Virus record (IMG/VR): IMGVR_UViG_3300010885_026736
Span: 5,087-69,086 of that record
Reading direction: 5' to 3' (one strand)
Length of the DNA: 64,000 nucleotides
Source of the DNA: a virus
Shown: piece after piece, positions 8,890-17,542 of the stretch
Position numbering within the stretch: position 1 is the first letter of the stretch
Layout: each line of letters begins with the position of its first letter
Notes under the pieces: model-generated
What the model saw: only the letters and a program-made list of their open reading frames with translations
What the model was told of the DNA's origin: nothing
The model's database searches: none
Program-made: the position numbers and the translations under genes

Positions 8890-9735
8890 CTAGAAGTCAC
8901 CTATGCACTCCATCAGGTTCTTAAGCTTATGTGCAATGAAGTAATTGAACAACTTGCTACGATCCTTGATCTGTGATGTGTATTGCTCAAGCACTTGAGT
9001 AGAAATATCATCTGGGATACATTCAAGATCAATCAGTTGTTGGTTACGCTTATAATTACGTAGCATGGTTTCATCACAAAACTGCTCGGGTTCCTGGATC
9101 ATCCACACCTGAAGCTTCTTAGAAGTCACAGGTGTTTGACGACCTCCAATCACAAATACATTATCTGGTGACAGGAAGTTAGGAATGCCATCGCTAGAAT
9201 CGCCCCGCATGATGTGCTCCTTGAGGAACAGATCTGGATTAGCACAGTTGATGTACTTCTTAAGCACTGGGCTATACTGCTTTACGTTCGGATACTTTTG
9301 CAGCTGGCCAAAGTCTTTGTCACCAGATAGAATAAGAATCTTTTCTTGATAACAAAATTCTTTGACCAGGGTTGCAATAATATCATCTGCTTCAGCATGC
9401 TCAATCTGAATAACCTTGTATGGAAAATTATCCTTGAGCTCTTGACGGATCTTATTGAGTGTTTCAAACACCGCATTCCAATCAAGCTCTGAAGCGTCAC
9501 GCTCCTTCTTACGATTGGCTTTGTAGTAAGGATAAACCTGCTTACGCCAATAGTTCTTGTCATCACAAGCAATGACAAGTTCCCCGAACTCAGCGGAGAA
9601 CCTTGCCTTGTGTGACCTAAGTGCATTGAGCACCATATGACGAACAATGTCTTCTTCAATTTTAATATTTTTATGATTTCCAATCTGCGCCATAAGCGTA
9701 GAAATCATAACCTGGTTCAAGTCAACAATAATCAC
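8890..9735 (-). CDS. rnh: T4-type RNase H (5'-3' flap exonuclease)
   Basis: IIVDLNQ, YWRK..YPYYKANR, EADDII, SGDKDF.QL, GD.SDGIPN. Confidence 0.95.
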   Translation of the reverse strand: MIIVDLNQVMISTLMAQIGNHKNIKIEEDIVRHMVLNALRSHKARFSAEFGELVIACDDKNYWRKQVYPYYKANRKKERDASELDWNAVFETLNKIRQELKDNFPYKVIQIEHAEADDIIATLVKEFCYQEKILILSGDKDFGQLQKYPNVKQYSPVLKKYINCANPDLFLKEHIMRGDSSDGIPNFLSPDNVFVIGGRQTPVTSKKLQVWMIQEPEQFCDETMLRNYKRNQQLIDLECIPDDISTQVLEQYTSQIKDRSKLFNYFIAHKLKNLMECIGDF

Positions 9736-9795
9736 AATGCACCTCAATTTGCTCTATAATTTAATTATATAGCAATATTTATATTAAATCAACCA

Positions 9796-10179
9796 CTATT
9801 CTTCATCATCATCAAGATAGTCTTCAAAGCTATCAATATCAGGTAATTCAATTAGCTTCTCGGCTGCATGTTGTAGAGAATGTTCAATACCCATAGTCTT
9901 AAGCATTAGAGACTTAACAGCTTCAACTACTAGAACGCTATCCTTGATATAATCAGGATCATCAAATGTAAATCCCATGATGCTAAGCTTGTAGAAAAGT
10001 TCTTCAATCAATTCAGCAGAAAGAAATGAAACGAAGTCCATCTTATTCTGTGCAGCTTGTAAGATTAGTTCTTCTAAGTTAGATCCGACAAAAGGATTCT
10101 TGTGCGGTTTTGGAAATTTAATAACATTTGAGGGGACCTCATCAACACCTTCATTTTGTAGTTGAGTGTTGTCTTCCAT
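9796..10179 (-). CDS. hypothetical protein
   Basis: NVIKFP motif, acidic tail. Confidence 0.6.
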   Translation of the reverse strand: MEDNTQLQNEGVDEVPSNVIKFPKPHKNPFVGSNLEELILQAAQNKMDFVSFLSAELIEELFYKLSIMGFTFDDPDYIKDSVLVVEAVKSLMLKTMGIEHSLQHAAEKLIELPDIDSFEDYLDDDEE

Positions 10180-10188
10180 CTAATACCC

Positions 10189-11148
10189 TTACTTTTTTTG
10201 TTGTAGTGATTGAAGTAGCGCAGCCCACTCTTGTGATTTGTTTTCCCAGCCATGCACTCTATCAACCTGGAGCTTTTGTAAAGCAAGATCAGCTTGAATA
10301 GCTTCACGTTGATTTTTCATGACTTCAATGCCTTGAGCTAGTACAGAATAAAATCCTTGTGCATGAGTTTGTAGATCTTCACTCCATTGATACATCCAAG
10401 TTAGTCCCATTCCTGTTTCAGGTAGTGCAGCAAGGTTAGGATGAATGCAAAGCAGACCTGCAGACATTGCTTCAATTAGGCATAGGCAGGAAGTTTCCTT
10501 CCAGATACTAGGATAAGCAAAAATATCTGCATTAAGAAGACCATCACGTAGTTCTTCATTTGACACTGTACCATGGTATTTAATGTTTGGATGATTTCTG
10601 CAAATCTCATAAAGCTCTTCATACTGCTCATCACGCTGTTCCCAGCCATAAAGCTTGAAAGAAGAATATACATCTAGTTCAATATCTGGATACTGCTTTA
10701 CAAGTTCTAGAAATACTGGAATAAGAATCTGCAGACCCCGATGAGGTGTAGATGTGTATACCAGACGGATCTTATCACTCTTAGTACGCTTTGATACGTC
10801 TAGTGGAATGATAGAATTCTTGATCACAACAGAATCATTATACGGGACGCCACGCTTCTCAGCATACTGTTCCATCTGCCAGTTTGATACGAAGACGAAC
10901 TTCTCAAACTTCTTACGGAATAGAGGATCGCTAAGACGAGACGATTCTGGATCCTCTGGTAGGTCATGTGCGTAGAAGATATGTTGACGTTCAGGATCTA
11001 GTTCACGAGCTCGTGAGAATACAATTTGATATTTCTCTAGTAGCTCACGTGGCACAGAGCCGTCATACAGGCGTTCTTGTAGTAGTTCGGTTCCTCCCTT
11101 TGAATTGGCATTAAGCTCGTTACGCTCAATAAGATCATGGTTACTCAT
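10189..11148 (-). CDS. GT-B (GT4-like) glycosyltransferase
   Basis: GGTE, FVFVSNWQ, YTSTPHRGL, YPS.W.ETSC...IEAMSAG. Confidence 0.85.
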   Translation of the reverse strand: MSNHDLIERNELNANSKGGTELLQERLYDGSVPRELLEKYQIVFSRARELDPERQHIFYAHDLPEDPESSRLSDPLFRKKFEKFVFVSNWQMEQYAEKRGVPYNDSVVIKNSIIPLDVSKRTKSDKIRLVYTSTPHRGLQILIPVFLELVKQYPDIELDVYSSFKLYGWEQRDEQYEELYEICRNHPNIKYHGTVSNEELRDGLLNADIFAYPSIWKETSCLCLIEAMSAGLLCIHPNLAALPETGMGLTWMYQWSEDLQTHAQGFYSVLAQGIEVMKNQREAIQADLALQKLQVDRVHGWENKSQEWAALLQSLQQKK

Positions 11149-11362
11149 TTGGTTCTTCTGCCTCTATTTGTTGGATATAACGTTCTTGATAATCTCTTGC
11201 AACTTCAATGCAAAGAGATAGAACTGCTAGGCCATTGATCCTAGCAGCAATGTTGATCACAATCCACTTGGCAACTGTTGCTGTGAATTTCTGCCAACCT
11301 GTTAGTTCATGTTTCATAGGAGAGTAAACTCTAGAATACTGTCCTTGCGGAATGAGCGCCAA
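11141..11362 (-). CDS. hypothetical protein
   Basis: ORF overlapping its neighbours. Confidence 0.35.
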   Translation of the reverse strand: MALIPQGQYSRVYSPMKHELTGWQKFTATVAKWIVINIAARINGLAVLSLCIEVARDYQERYIQQIEAEEPNE

Positions 11363-11559
11363 CCCTCATCATCAACAGACCATACTGATACAATGTTTGG
11401 ATTTGGAACTCGACCAGTCATGGTGGGCTTATCGTTTGGAGGAAGTAGATCTTCCTTCAGGGTGCAACGCATCTCACGAATGCTGCCATCTACTTTTGTA
11501 AACTTTACAAAGCAGACATGTTGCTGTAGATCACTCAGACAGAAATCTTGCTGGGTCAT
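11314..11559 (-). CDS. SH3/Sm-like (WYL_2-type) small phage protein
   Basis: V.FTK.DG.IREMRCTL and W......WRSFR motifs. Confidence 0.75.
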   Translation of the reverse strand: MTQQDFCLSDLQQHVCFVKFTKVDGSIREMRCTLKEDLLPPNDKPTMTGRVPNPNIVSVWSVDDEGWRSFRKDSILEFTLL

Positions 11560-11779
11560 AATTTTGAAACCTTTCAACTAGTTCTTGGAAACCACCGATA
11601 TATTCGTCTTTATAAAAAATTTGTGGATAAGACTTTGCATGTGGTATCATCTCAAAGAGCATCTCACGTGTAAAGTCTCGTTCCACTTTCAGTTGTACAA
11701 ATGGCTGTGACTTTTGCTCAAGTAGCTTTGCTGCTGCGTCACAGTATCTGCAATTTTCTTTTCCATAAATCTTATACAT
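11531..11779 (-). CDS. nrdC: glutaredoxin
   Basis: CRYC, YPQIF, IGGF. Confidence 0.9.
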   Translation of the reverse strand: MYKIYGKENCRYCDAAAKLLEQKSQPFVQLKVERDFTREMLFEMIPHAKSYPQIFYKDEYIGGFQELVERFQNYDPARFLSE

Positions 11780-11794
11780 TATTTCTCCTTGATT

Positions 11795-11870
11795 TGGTAG
11801 GCGAGGTCAGATTCGAACTGACGACCAGTCCGTTATGAGCGGACGGCTCTAACCGCTGAGCTACTCGCCT
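11795..11870 (-). tRNA. tRNA with CAU anticodon (Met or lysidine-Ile2)
   Basis: Cloverleaf AGGCGAG/CTCGCCT, GTCCG-CTCATAA-CGGAC, TTCGAAT, encoded CCA. Confidence 0.92.
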
Positions 11871-11874
11871 GTGT

Positions 11875-11967
11875 TGGTAGTCCCCGCTGGATTCGAACCA
11901 GCACTACTCGCTAATCTGGCGATGCGGCCTTATAAGGACCGTGTGCTAACCATTACACTAGAGGACT
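11875..11967 (-). tRNA. tRNA-Ile(UAU) with a long variable arm (93 nt)
   Basis: AGTCCTC/GGGGACT, CGGTC-CTTATAA-GGCCG, 22-nt variable region with TCGC/GCGA stem, CCA. Confidence 0.88.
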
Positions 11968-11975
11968 ATAATTGA

Positions 11976-12572
11976 TTATACACCTTTGTAGAAAATATGT
12001 AAACCAATCTTTGCTGTCTTGATTAGCTTTTTATTATGTGACCAATCAGGGTCTACATACTCAGCATGGTAGAACGTGGCGCCATTAGTCACGTCCGATG
12101 TATTATTTAGGTATACGTTTTGAGCAATTTCATATGTCTTATGATATACAGTCAGGTCCTTGTGTGTAGTGTTTTTGTGAATACATACCCAAGAGAATTG
12201 GCAGTGATCCTCAATCTTCTGATTGATTACTGAGCATGGCGTTTTGCCAAAAGAATCACTTTGTTTAGTTCTATTCATAACAACATTAGACACAGCAATC
12301 ATACCTGTTTCAGTTTGATTACCTGCCTCATAGTATGCATTGTCAGCAAGACACTTGATCTGCTGCTTGTCTTTGGTGTTTAACTTTACTGGGACCTTGA
12401 CAATCACTTGCTTCTCGATAACCTGCGGGGTCTTCACTTCAATCACTTGTGGCTTTGGATAAAACGTGATCATAAGAATGATGCTTATGGCAGCACCCGC
12501 TAGTAGTCCGTTAGTAGTCCAAAGTAAAGAACGTAGATCATACCCTCGTAATTTCTCGATTAAGTTTTGCAT
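11976..12572 (-). CDS. SleB-like cell wall hydrolase (Hydrolase_2) with N-terminal TM anchor
   Basis: CLADNAYYEA, AVSNVVMNR, CQFSW.C, GATFYHA.YV.P.W, IG.HIFY. Confidence 0.9.
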   Translation of the reverse strand: MQNLIEKLRGYDLRSLLWTTNGLLAGAAISIILMITFYPKPQVIEVKTPQVIEKQVIVKVPVKLNTKDKQQIKCLADNAYYEAGNQTETGMIAVSNVVMNRTKQSDSFGKTPCSVINQKIEDHCQFSWVCIHKNTTHKDLTVYHKTYEIAQNVYLNNTSDVTNGATFYHAEYVDPDWSHNKKLIKTAKIGLHIFYKGV

Positions 12573-12660
12573 GTCTTCCTCTTAGTAAGATGATTCTGGT
12601 GATAACTAGCCATAGCATAGCAATCACTACTAAGAAGATCAAAAGATCTTCGCCGTTCAT
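12538..12660 (-). CDS. unannotated 40-aa single-TM peptide
   Basis: MNGEDLLIFLVVIAMLWLVITRIILLRGRHAKLNREITRV with purine-rich GAGGGAG directly before the ATG. Confidence 0.4.
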   Translation of the reverse strand: MNGEDLLIFLVVIAMLWLVITRIILLRGRHAKLNREITRV

Positions 12661-12789
12661 CTCCCTCTTACTAGAGATGCAAAATCATCCGGTTTCTGTT
12701 GTGGTGTTGAGGTTACTCGATCACCGCTTCTTAGCCAACTATGACTTTAAGCTTTGTAAGAGTCACGAAGATAAACAGATCTTCATGTG
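12573..12789 (-). ncRNA. candidate structured 5' leader RNA
   Basis: Several perfect or near-perfect stems (GAAGAT/ATCTTC, GATGATTTTG/CAGAATCATC, GAAGATC/GATCTTC, CATCTC/GAGATG) after the late promoter at 12790-12797. Confidence 0.5.
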
Positions 12790-12797
12790 TATTTATA
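12790..12797 (-). promoter_or_regulatory. late promoter TATAAATA
   Basis: Exact motif. Confidence 0.75.
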
Positions 12798-12802
12798 TAT
12801 CG

Positions 12803-13174
12803 TTAACGCCGCATTGCTGAAATTTCTTTAGCCTTATCTTTATTATCAGCAAAGACAGGCACCAAGCAGCTCTTGTGCATAGTGGCAATCCCAATCAATT
12901 TGTTCTGGCCAGAATACGCAATAGGTTCTGCTTTGGCTGCAACACCGCCTGGAATTTGGTTGGAACATTGTGTCTTTGATATAGGTGGCATACTATGTCT
13001 ATCATAGGACAGAGCTCGGGCAGAGCTACGGTCAGAAGGAGGTGTGCCCTTGACACCCATCTTTTTGAGATACTTTGCATGGCTTTCGTCTGCTGCGATC
13101 TGTGAGGGGGTCTTCTTTGGAGACTTCTTCTTGCGTGAAGAGGTCGTGGTGTAGTAAGCTGGAAGCAGAGGCAT
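12803..13174 (-). CDS. conserved basic T4-like hypothetical protein
   Basis: C-terminal IGIATMHKS.LVPVF......EIS.MRR motif. Confidence 0.7.
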   Translation of the reverse strand: MPLLPAYYTTTSSRKKKSPKKTPSQIAADESHAKYLKKMGVKGTPPSDRSSARALSYDRHSMPPISKTQCSNQIPGGVAAKAEPIAYSGQNKLIGIATMHKSCLVPVFADNKDKAKEISAMRR

Positions 13175-13278
13175 TACTGTAGGAACTGCCCAATGATTGA
13201 TCCGACACCAAGCCAGAACAGCATACAGATGCCCAGTGCAACAAGCCAAGCGATCATACGAAATGCACGTTCTGACAT
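13174..13278 (-). CDS. 34-aa membrane peptide
   Basis: Manually read MSERAFRMIAWLVALGICMLFWLGVGSIIGQFLQ; GGAGG SD; coupled to both neighbours. Confidence 0.45.
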   Translation of the reverse strand: MSERAFRMIAWLVALGICMLFWLGVGSIIGQFLQ

Positions 13279-13517
13279 CACATAGCCTCCTTCATCTGAG
13301 GATACTTGGACTTGAAGCCGTTGAGCTTGTCAAGATATGCACAGACCATTTCCAGTTCAAATTCTGGATGCTCCATGCAGTATTGACCAAGACGTGAAAT
13401 TTCCATATGAATGTTTTTCTCAGAATTTATTGTCCGAGCGTAGTCTGCAGCTGCAGCAACCATAGTCCTATAAGAAAAATACTTGTCAGCAAAGTGTTGC
13501 ATCTCTTCTTTCCTCAT
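13278..13517 (-). CDS. early hypothetical protein
   Basis: Follows the promoter at 13518-13557. Confidence 0.55.
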   Translation of the reverse strand: MRKEEMQHFADKYFSYRTMVAAAADYARTINSEKNIHMEISRLGQYCMEHPEFELEMVCAYLDKLNGFKSKYPQMKEAM

Positions 13518-13557
13518 GTTGAAATTTATAATAGCACATGTGGAATTAAATGCAAGG
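13518..13557 (-). promoter_or_regulatory. early promoter (cassette core)
   Basis: TTGCAT-TTAATTCCACATG-TGCTATTAT. Confidence 0.75.
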
Positions 13558-13559
13558 GG

Positions 13560-14222
13560 TTATATCAGTTTAAACCCAATCTTTTTTTCAAGATCCTCAA
13601 TGCTGATATCATGCACTTCAGCTGTGTCTACGTTATCAGCAATGAAAGCTTCTATGGTGCCATCAGTCAAGAAGGCTACCTTCCAGTACCAAGCAGGTAC
13701 GGGTATCTTATTCTTACCAATTGTCTTAGGTACGTCCTCGTAGCAGGCGCCTGTGAGGGCGAAAGTGGTATCTAGATCCCTGACGTAGGCTTCTAACTCT
13801 TTCCAGGCTCCACGATTGAGCTCTGAGGACTGTGGGGTCATATTGCTCAGTAAGAAGGTGTCATGCATTTCTTCTTCTGTTGTAGCATCAGCAGCTGCTG
13901 TCAGATGACCTCTGTCATAGCCAGAACCCTCATAATCATTTAGTGTAGGTGATCGCTTTAATCTTGGGTCATGCCTGAAGTCATCTGTACGCCCTACAGG
14001 ATCTTTGTGTTGATGAGTTATAGCTGCTGAAAGAATAGCAGCACACATCTTCTCATCAAAAAGAACTACATAGAATGAATTACAAAGTGCTGTAGTTCCA
14101 GGTATAACAATCGGCTTACCATTATGAAAATAGTTTTCTATAGGTAAAGGTGTACTTAATTTCCTTTTAGAAAAAGAAAAAGCAGCTGTTAGTTTTCTTG
14201 CGAATAGTAACAGCTGCTTCAT
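13560..14222 (-). CDS. DNA/RNA non-specific endonuclease (Endonuclease_NS)
   Basis: GYDRGHL, TF.LSNMTPQ...LNRG.W..LE, IPVP...WK; late promoter at 14252-14259. Confidence 0.9.
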   Translation of the reverse strand: MKQLLLFARKLTAAFSFSKRKLSTPLPIENYFHNGKPIVIPGTTALCNSFYVVLFDEKMCAAILSAAITHQHKDPVGRTDDFRHDPRLKRSPTLNDYEGSGYDRGHLTAAADATTEEEMHDTFLLSNMTPQSSELNRGAWKELEAYVRDLDTTFALTGACYEDVPKTIGKNKIPVPAWYWKVAFLTDGTIEAFIADNVDTAEVHDISIEDLEKKIGFKLI

Positions 14223-14259
14223 TTTTCTTTGACCTATTGGTTAATAGATCGTATTTATA

Positions 14260-14874
14260 TCAGTCCCATAGTGCCATGAAATACTTTCCAAATAGCTTAG
14301 TACCATTGGTGATACGTTCTAGATGCTTATCATATCCCTTGCGGTCAAATACGTAAGTATCGTTAGGACCATTCTGCATTTCAAGACCACCTTCAGTAGG
14401 TACCCACTTGATATCATGTTCACCGCTATGAAATTGATCTTCCCAAGTGCCAGAGGCAATTTCACCAAAGGCAAAGATCATTTCACCTAGGATCCAATCC
14501 CAGCGGGCATCATGATTTGCATCTGTGTCATATTCGTTTTCCTTTGGTGGGGCAGATGTTGACCGTAGATGTTTAGGCACATCTTTATCATCAGTGAATG
14601 GAGACCCATGCTTTGTCTTTTGTAGTTGAAGAAGCATAGGGTGAATAATCAAAGATAGTGTATGATCAGTTGACCAAGTATCATATCTGTCAATCTTAAC
14701 TTCAACTTTTCTTTGTCTCTTGTTGTAAATGAATTGACAGATATTGTTTAGAGGTGTTTCTGTTAGCCATCTACCAACAATATGACGCTTATCTTCATTT
14801 ACAAAAAAAAGAAGTTTGTCAACAATTTGAAACGGACCAACCCATGTCTTATACGGACCTAGTTTAACTTTCAT
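14260..14874 (-). CDS. conserved hypothetical phage protein
   Basis: IDRYDTWS.DHTL..II.PML.QL...KHG.P and RWDWIL.EMIFAF motifs. Confidence 0.75.
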   Translation of the reverse strand: MKVKLGPYKTWVGPFQIVDKLLFFVNEDKRHIVGRWLTETPLNNICQFIYNKRQRKVEVKIDRYDTWSTDHTLSLIIHPMLLQLQKTKHGSPFTDDKDVPKHLRSTSAPPKENEYDTDANHDARWDWILGEMIFAFGEIASGTWEDQFHSGEHDIKWVPTEGGLEMQNGPNDTYVFDRKGYDKHLERITNGTKLFGKYFMALWD

Positions 14875-15136
14875 TGGACTTAGGCTCTTTCATGTTAAAG
14901 AACTTTGGGTTGCCCCAGAGGTCATTTGTGCGGACACGGATGTGGCGCTTGTTGGTGGCTGCCTTATCTGGATTCTCAATCGTGATCCAGGGGTTCTTAA
15001 AAGCCTTCCATGCATCCGTGATGAAAGAAAGCTTCTCAAGGTGCGTCCGATCAGCCTTGACGGCTTGAGTGATGCCCCTGCTCACTGAAGAGTGAATGCC
15101 AGCGGATGAGTACTTCTTACGTGACTTAATGGCCAT
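14864..15136 (-). CDS. basic hypothetical protein
   Basis: AW....NPWITIENP motif; AAAGGA SD. Confidence 0.6.
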   Translation of the reverse strand: MAIKSRKKYSSAGIHSSVSRGITQAVKADRTHLEKLSFITDAWKAFKNPWITIENPDKAATNKRHIRVRTNDLWGNPKFFNMKEPKSNES

Positions 15137-15152
15137 GATATATCCTTTATGG

Positions 15153-15226
15153 TGGAGCGGAATATCGGATTCGAACCGATCTCTTTAGCTTGGAAGGCTA
15201 AGGCACAACCCCTATACCAATTCCGC
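15153..15226 (-). tRNA. tRNA-Gly(UCC)
   Basis: GCGGAAT/ATTCCGC, TTAGC-CTTCCAA-GCTAA, U73, CCA. Confidence 0.92.
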
Positions 15227-15229
15227 AGG

Positions 15230-15448
15230 TTACATGATTTGATCGTAGGTCTTACCTGATTTACTTCCTACAGCCTTAATACGGCTATCAGGATATCTTT
15301 TCTTAGTCATATCTAAAGCACGTGAAATGCTTTGTGATCTATTGGGTATGCCACCCTCTACTTTACGCCAAGTAGAATCCTTACCCAAGACTTCAATATT
15401 GATTGTCTCATGAGTTTCAGATTCTGAAAAGAATTTAAATGTCTTCAT
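15230..15448 (-). CDS. small hypothetical protein with a CTS-like N-terminus
   Basis: MKTFKFFSESE... Confidence 0.55.
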   Translation of the reverse strand: MKTFKFFSESETHETINIEVLGKDSTWRKVEGGIPNRSQSISRALDMTKKRYPDSRIKAVGSKSGKTYDQIM

Positions 15449-15683
15449 TGTCATCTTCCTCACCTTCGGGTAATGAATATATCTGCTGATTAATATAATC
15501 AAACATCAATGAGTTGCCTAGTTCTTCAGAACCTGCAGCAAGACATAAACCTTTTCTAGAATATTCCATCATGATAGTAGCAACCATCATGATTTCAGAT
15601 TCATCTTGGCATTGTGTAATTAACATATCTAATCCATCACAAAAGAAATCAAACCTTGCTCGGATAAACTTTTGTGACTTCAT
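15435..15683 (-). CDS. hypothetical protein
   Basis: AAAGGA SD; acidic tail. Confidence 0.5.
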   Translation of the reverse strand: MKSQKFIRARFDFFCDGLDMLITQCQDESEIMMVATIMMEYSRKGLCLAAGSEELGNSLMFDYINQQIYSLPEGEEDDNEDI

Positions 15684-15697
15684 AATAGATCCTTTGT

Positions 15698-15773
15698 TGG
15701 TGCCCACGGGAAGAATCGAACTTCCTGTCTTCGGGTTACAAATCCGCTGCATCGCCAGCAATGCTTCATGGGC
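15698..15773 (-). tRNA. tRNA-Thr(UGU)
   Basis: GCCCATG/CGTGGGC, loop TTTGTAA, TTCGATT, CCA; anticodon stem has two mismatches. Confidence 0.85.
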
Positions 15774-15778
15774 TAATT

Positions 15779-15895
15779 TTAATTCTGCTTCCTGAGTTTA
15801 TTTATGACACTTTGCCAATAAAGCCTTCCCCAGTCACAGCGGGCTCTATCACGAGCCTGCATTGCCATATTGATTCTACGCAGCATCTGTTCCAT
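15779..15895 (-). CDS. 38-aa hypothetical peptide
   Basis: MEQMLRRINMAMQARDRARCDWGRLYWQSVINKLRKQN. Confidence 0.4.
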   Translation of the reverse strand: MEQMLRRINMAMQARDRARCDWGRLYWQSVINKLRKQN

Positions 15896-16427
15896 GCTTA
15901 AGCCACTCCATTACACTTTCGGGGGATGATACGCTATAGGGGTCTGTGGTAGCATTGTCACCACGATTAGGCTCAATGAACAACTTCTCAATCTTGCCAT
16001 TGTTGATCACAGCAGCATAGCGCCAAGACCTCATACCAAAGCCAAGGTTATCCTTATCAACTAGCATATTCATGCCTTCCGTAAAGTGACCACCGCCATC
16101 TGGAATCATCTTTACATTTTCAATAGTCTTTGACTTAGCCCAAGCATTCATAACGAAAGCATCATTTACTGACAGACAGTAGATTTCATCAATGCCATAC
16201 TTACCAAAGTCATAATACATGCGCTCAAACCCAGGTAATTGGTAAGCAGAGCAAGTAGGTGTGAAGGCTCCAGGCAGTGCGAATAGGATAACTCGCTTGC
16301 CGCCGAAGTAATCAAAGCTAGTCTTGTCTTCCCAACGATATGGATTTGGTCCCTCAATACTATCATCACGCACTCGTGTCTTGAAAACAACTGATGGAAC
16401 TACTGATGGTGGATTAGCATAAATCAT
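15876..16427 (-). CDS. peroxiredoxin (Prx5/redoxin family)
   Basis: LPGAFTPTCS, SVNDAFVMNAW, GFGMRSWRYA. Confidence 0.95.
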   Translation of the reverse strand: MIYANPPSVVPSVVFKTRVRDDSIEGPNPYRWEDKTSFDYFGGKRVILFALPGAFTPTCSAYQLPGFERMYYDFGKYGIDEIYCLSVNDAFVMNAWAKSKTIENVKMIPDGGGHFTEGMNMLVDKDNLGFGMRSWRYAAVINNGKIEKLFIEPNRGDNATTDPYSVSSPESVMEWLKHGTDAA

Positions 16428-16456
16428 TTTATCTCCATAATGTAAAAGTTAAAAGG

Positions 16457-16532
16457 TGGCTGGACAAGTAGGGCTCGAACCTACGACCGCAGCATTAACA
16501 GTGCCGTGCTCTACCAACTGAGCTATTGTCCA
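16457..16532 (-). tRNA. tRNA-Asn(GUU)
   Basis: TGGACAA/TTGTCCA, CGGCA-CTGTTAA-TGCTG, G73, CCA. Confidence 0.93.
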
Positions 16533-16539
16533 ATAATTC

Positions 16540-16842
16540 TTATCTACAAACTTGTACTGAGTAAGGCCTACCGTAGTAATCATAGCGCGTCTCTACCCAG
16601 CATGGTGGCGGAGTAGGTTCAACGTAAACGACTCTAGGTTGCTCTTGGTAATAATTATATTCGTTATATTCGTGGTACTCATGATGGCGTTCTCTGAACT
16701 CATGAGCAATAATGGCTCCCACAATAGCACCTGTTACAAAGGTCGCTACAGGGCGTGAATGATAATGATGATAATGATCACCAGCTAGAGCGGGTGTCGC
16801 TGACAGAGCAAGAGCGGCAATCATACCTGCTACTAGTTTCAT
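16540..16842 (-). CDS. signal-peptide-bearing His/Tyr-rich small protein
   Basis: MKLVAGMIAALALSATPALA signal and glycine-zipper-like TGAIVGAII segment. Confidence 0.65.
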   Translation of the reverse strand: MKLVAGMIAALALSATPALAGDHYHHYHSRPVATFVTGAIVGAIIAHEFRERHHEYHEYNEYNYYQEQPRVVYVEPTPPPCWVETRYDYYGRPYSVQVCR

Positions 16843-17288
16843 GATAGCTTTCCTTCTATAAATTCATCAAACAAGATCCACTCCTTGGCGTATGCTTCTA
16901 CTTCCCAAGGCTGGCTGTTATAATTATCATCGTCATTACTGCACTTGTGACGAGACCCCTGCCACACAATCTGGTCTTCAATGCTGAGCAGATCACGGAG
17001 CTCGCCACGTGCATACTGCTTCACGTGTACCATCTCATGAGCGAGAGATACAAACTCAGGTTCTCTGTGTGTGGGATCAAGACGAATAGAGAACTCCTTA
17101 CCCCGCACTGGTTCGTCAAGCCAGGTTGCAAGACCTGCATAGCCCAGATCATCATCAAAGTTGATGTAGATGGTCAAGGTGTCTGCCAAGCGCTTTGTCA
17201 TTAGCTTTGACGCAAAGAAGTTGGCTGCCTTGATGACTTCATACCGCGAGTGCTTTGACTTCTTAATGTTCTTTACATAGATCTTCAT
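16839..17288 (-). CDS. zinc metallopeptidase-like protein (HExxH)
   Basis: LAHEMVHVKQY...EL and Y..QPWEVEAY. Confidence 0.8.
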   Translation of the reverse strand: MKIYVKNIKKSKHSRYEVIKAANFFASKLMTKRLADTLTIYINFDDDLGYAGLATWLDEPVRGKEFSIRLDPTHREPEFVSLAHEMVHVKQYARGELRDLLSIEDQIVWQGSRHKCSNDDDNYNSQPWEVEAYAKEWILFDEFIEGKLS

Positions 17289-17541
17289 AGTCTCTCCAGT
17301 CAATGTACATGAAGCCAAATACACAAGTTACAAGGATTGATAGTGTTATGCTTACAAGTGCTAGAGTAGAAAAGAAAAGTCCGCCCATGGTAGAGAATGC
17401 AATTGCAAGCCCACCAAGGCATCCGCTAACCCAAATCCTACCAAACATGACTTCAACGGTTCTACGTGAATAGGATTCTGGAAGGATAATTTGTGTCTTT
17501 AGAGGATCTGGTAACCGTGTTTGCTTTTTAAAATTAAGCAT
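17263..17541 (-). CDS. membrane protein (2 TM)
   Basis: Hydrophobic C-terminal hairpin; GAGGA SD. Confidence 0.5.
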   Translation of the reverse strand: MLNFKKQTRLPDPLKTQIILPESYSRRTVEVMFGRIWVSGCLGGLAIAFSTMGGLFFSTLALVSITLSILVTCVFGFMYIDWRDYEDLCKEH

Positions 17542-17542
17542 G

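Noticed and set aside
12573-12789. c-di-AMP or c-di-GMP riboswitch upstream of the hydrolase
   Set aside because: The conserved core motifs of those families are not recognisable; kept only as an unclassified structured leader
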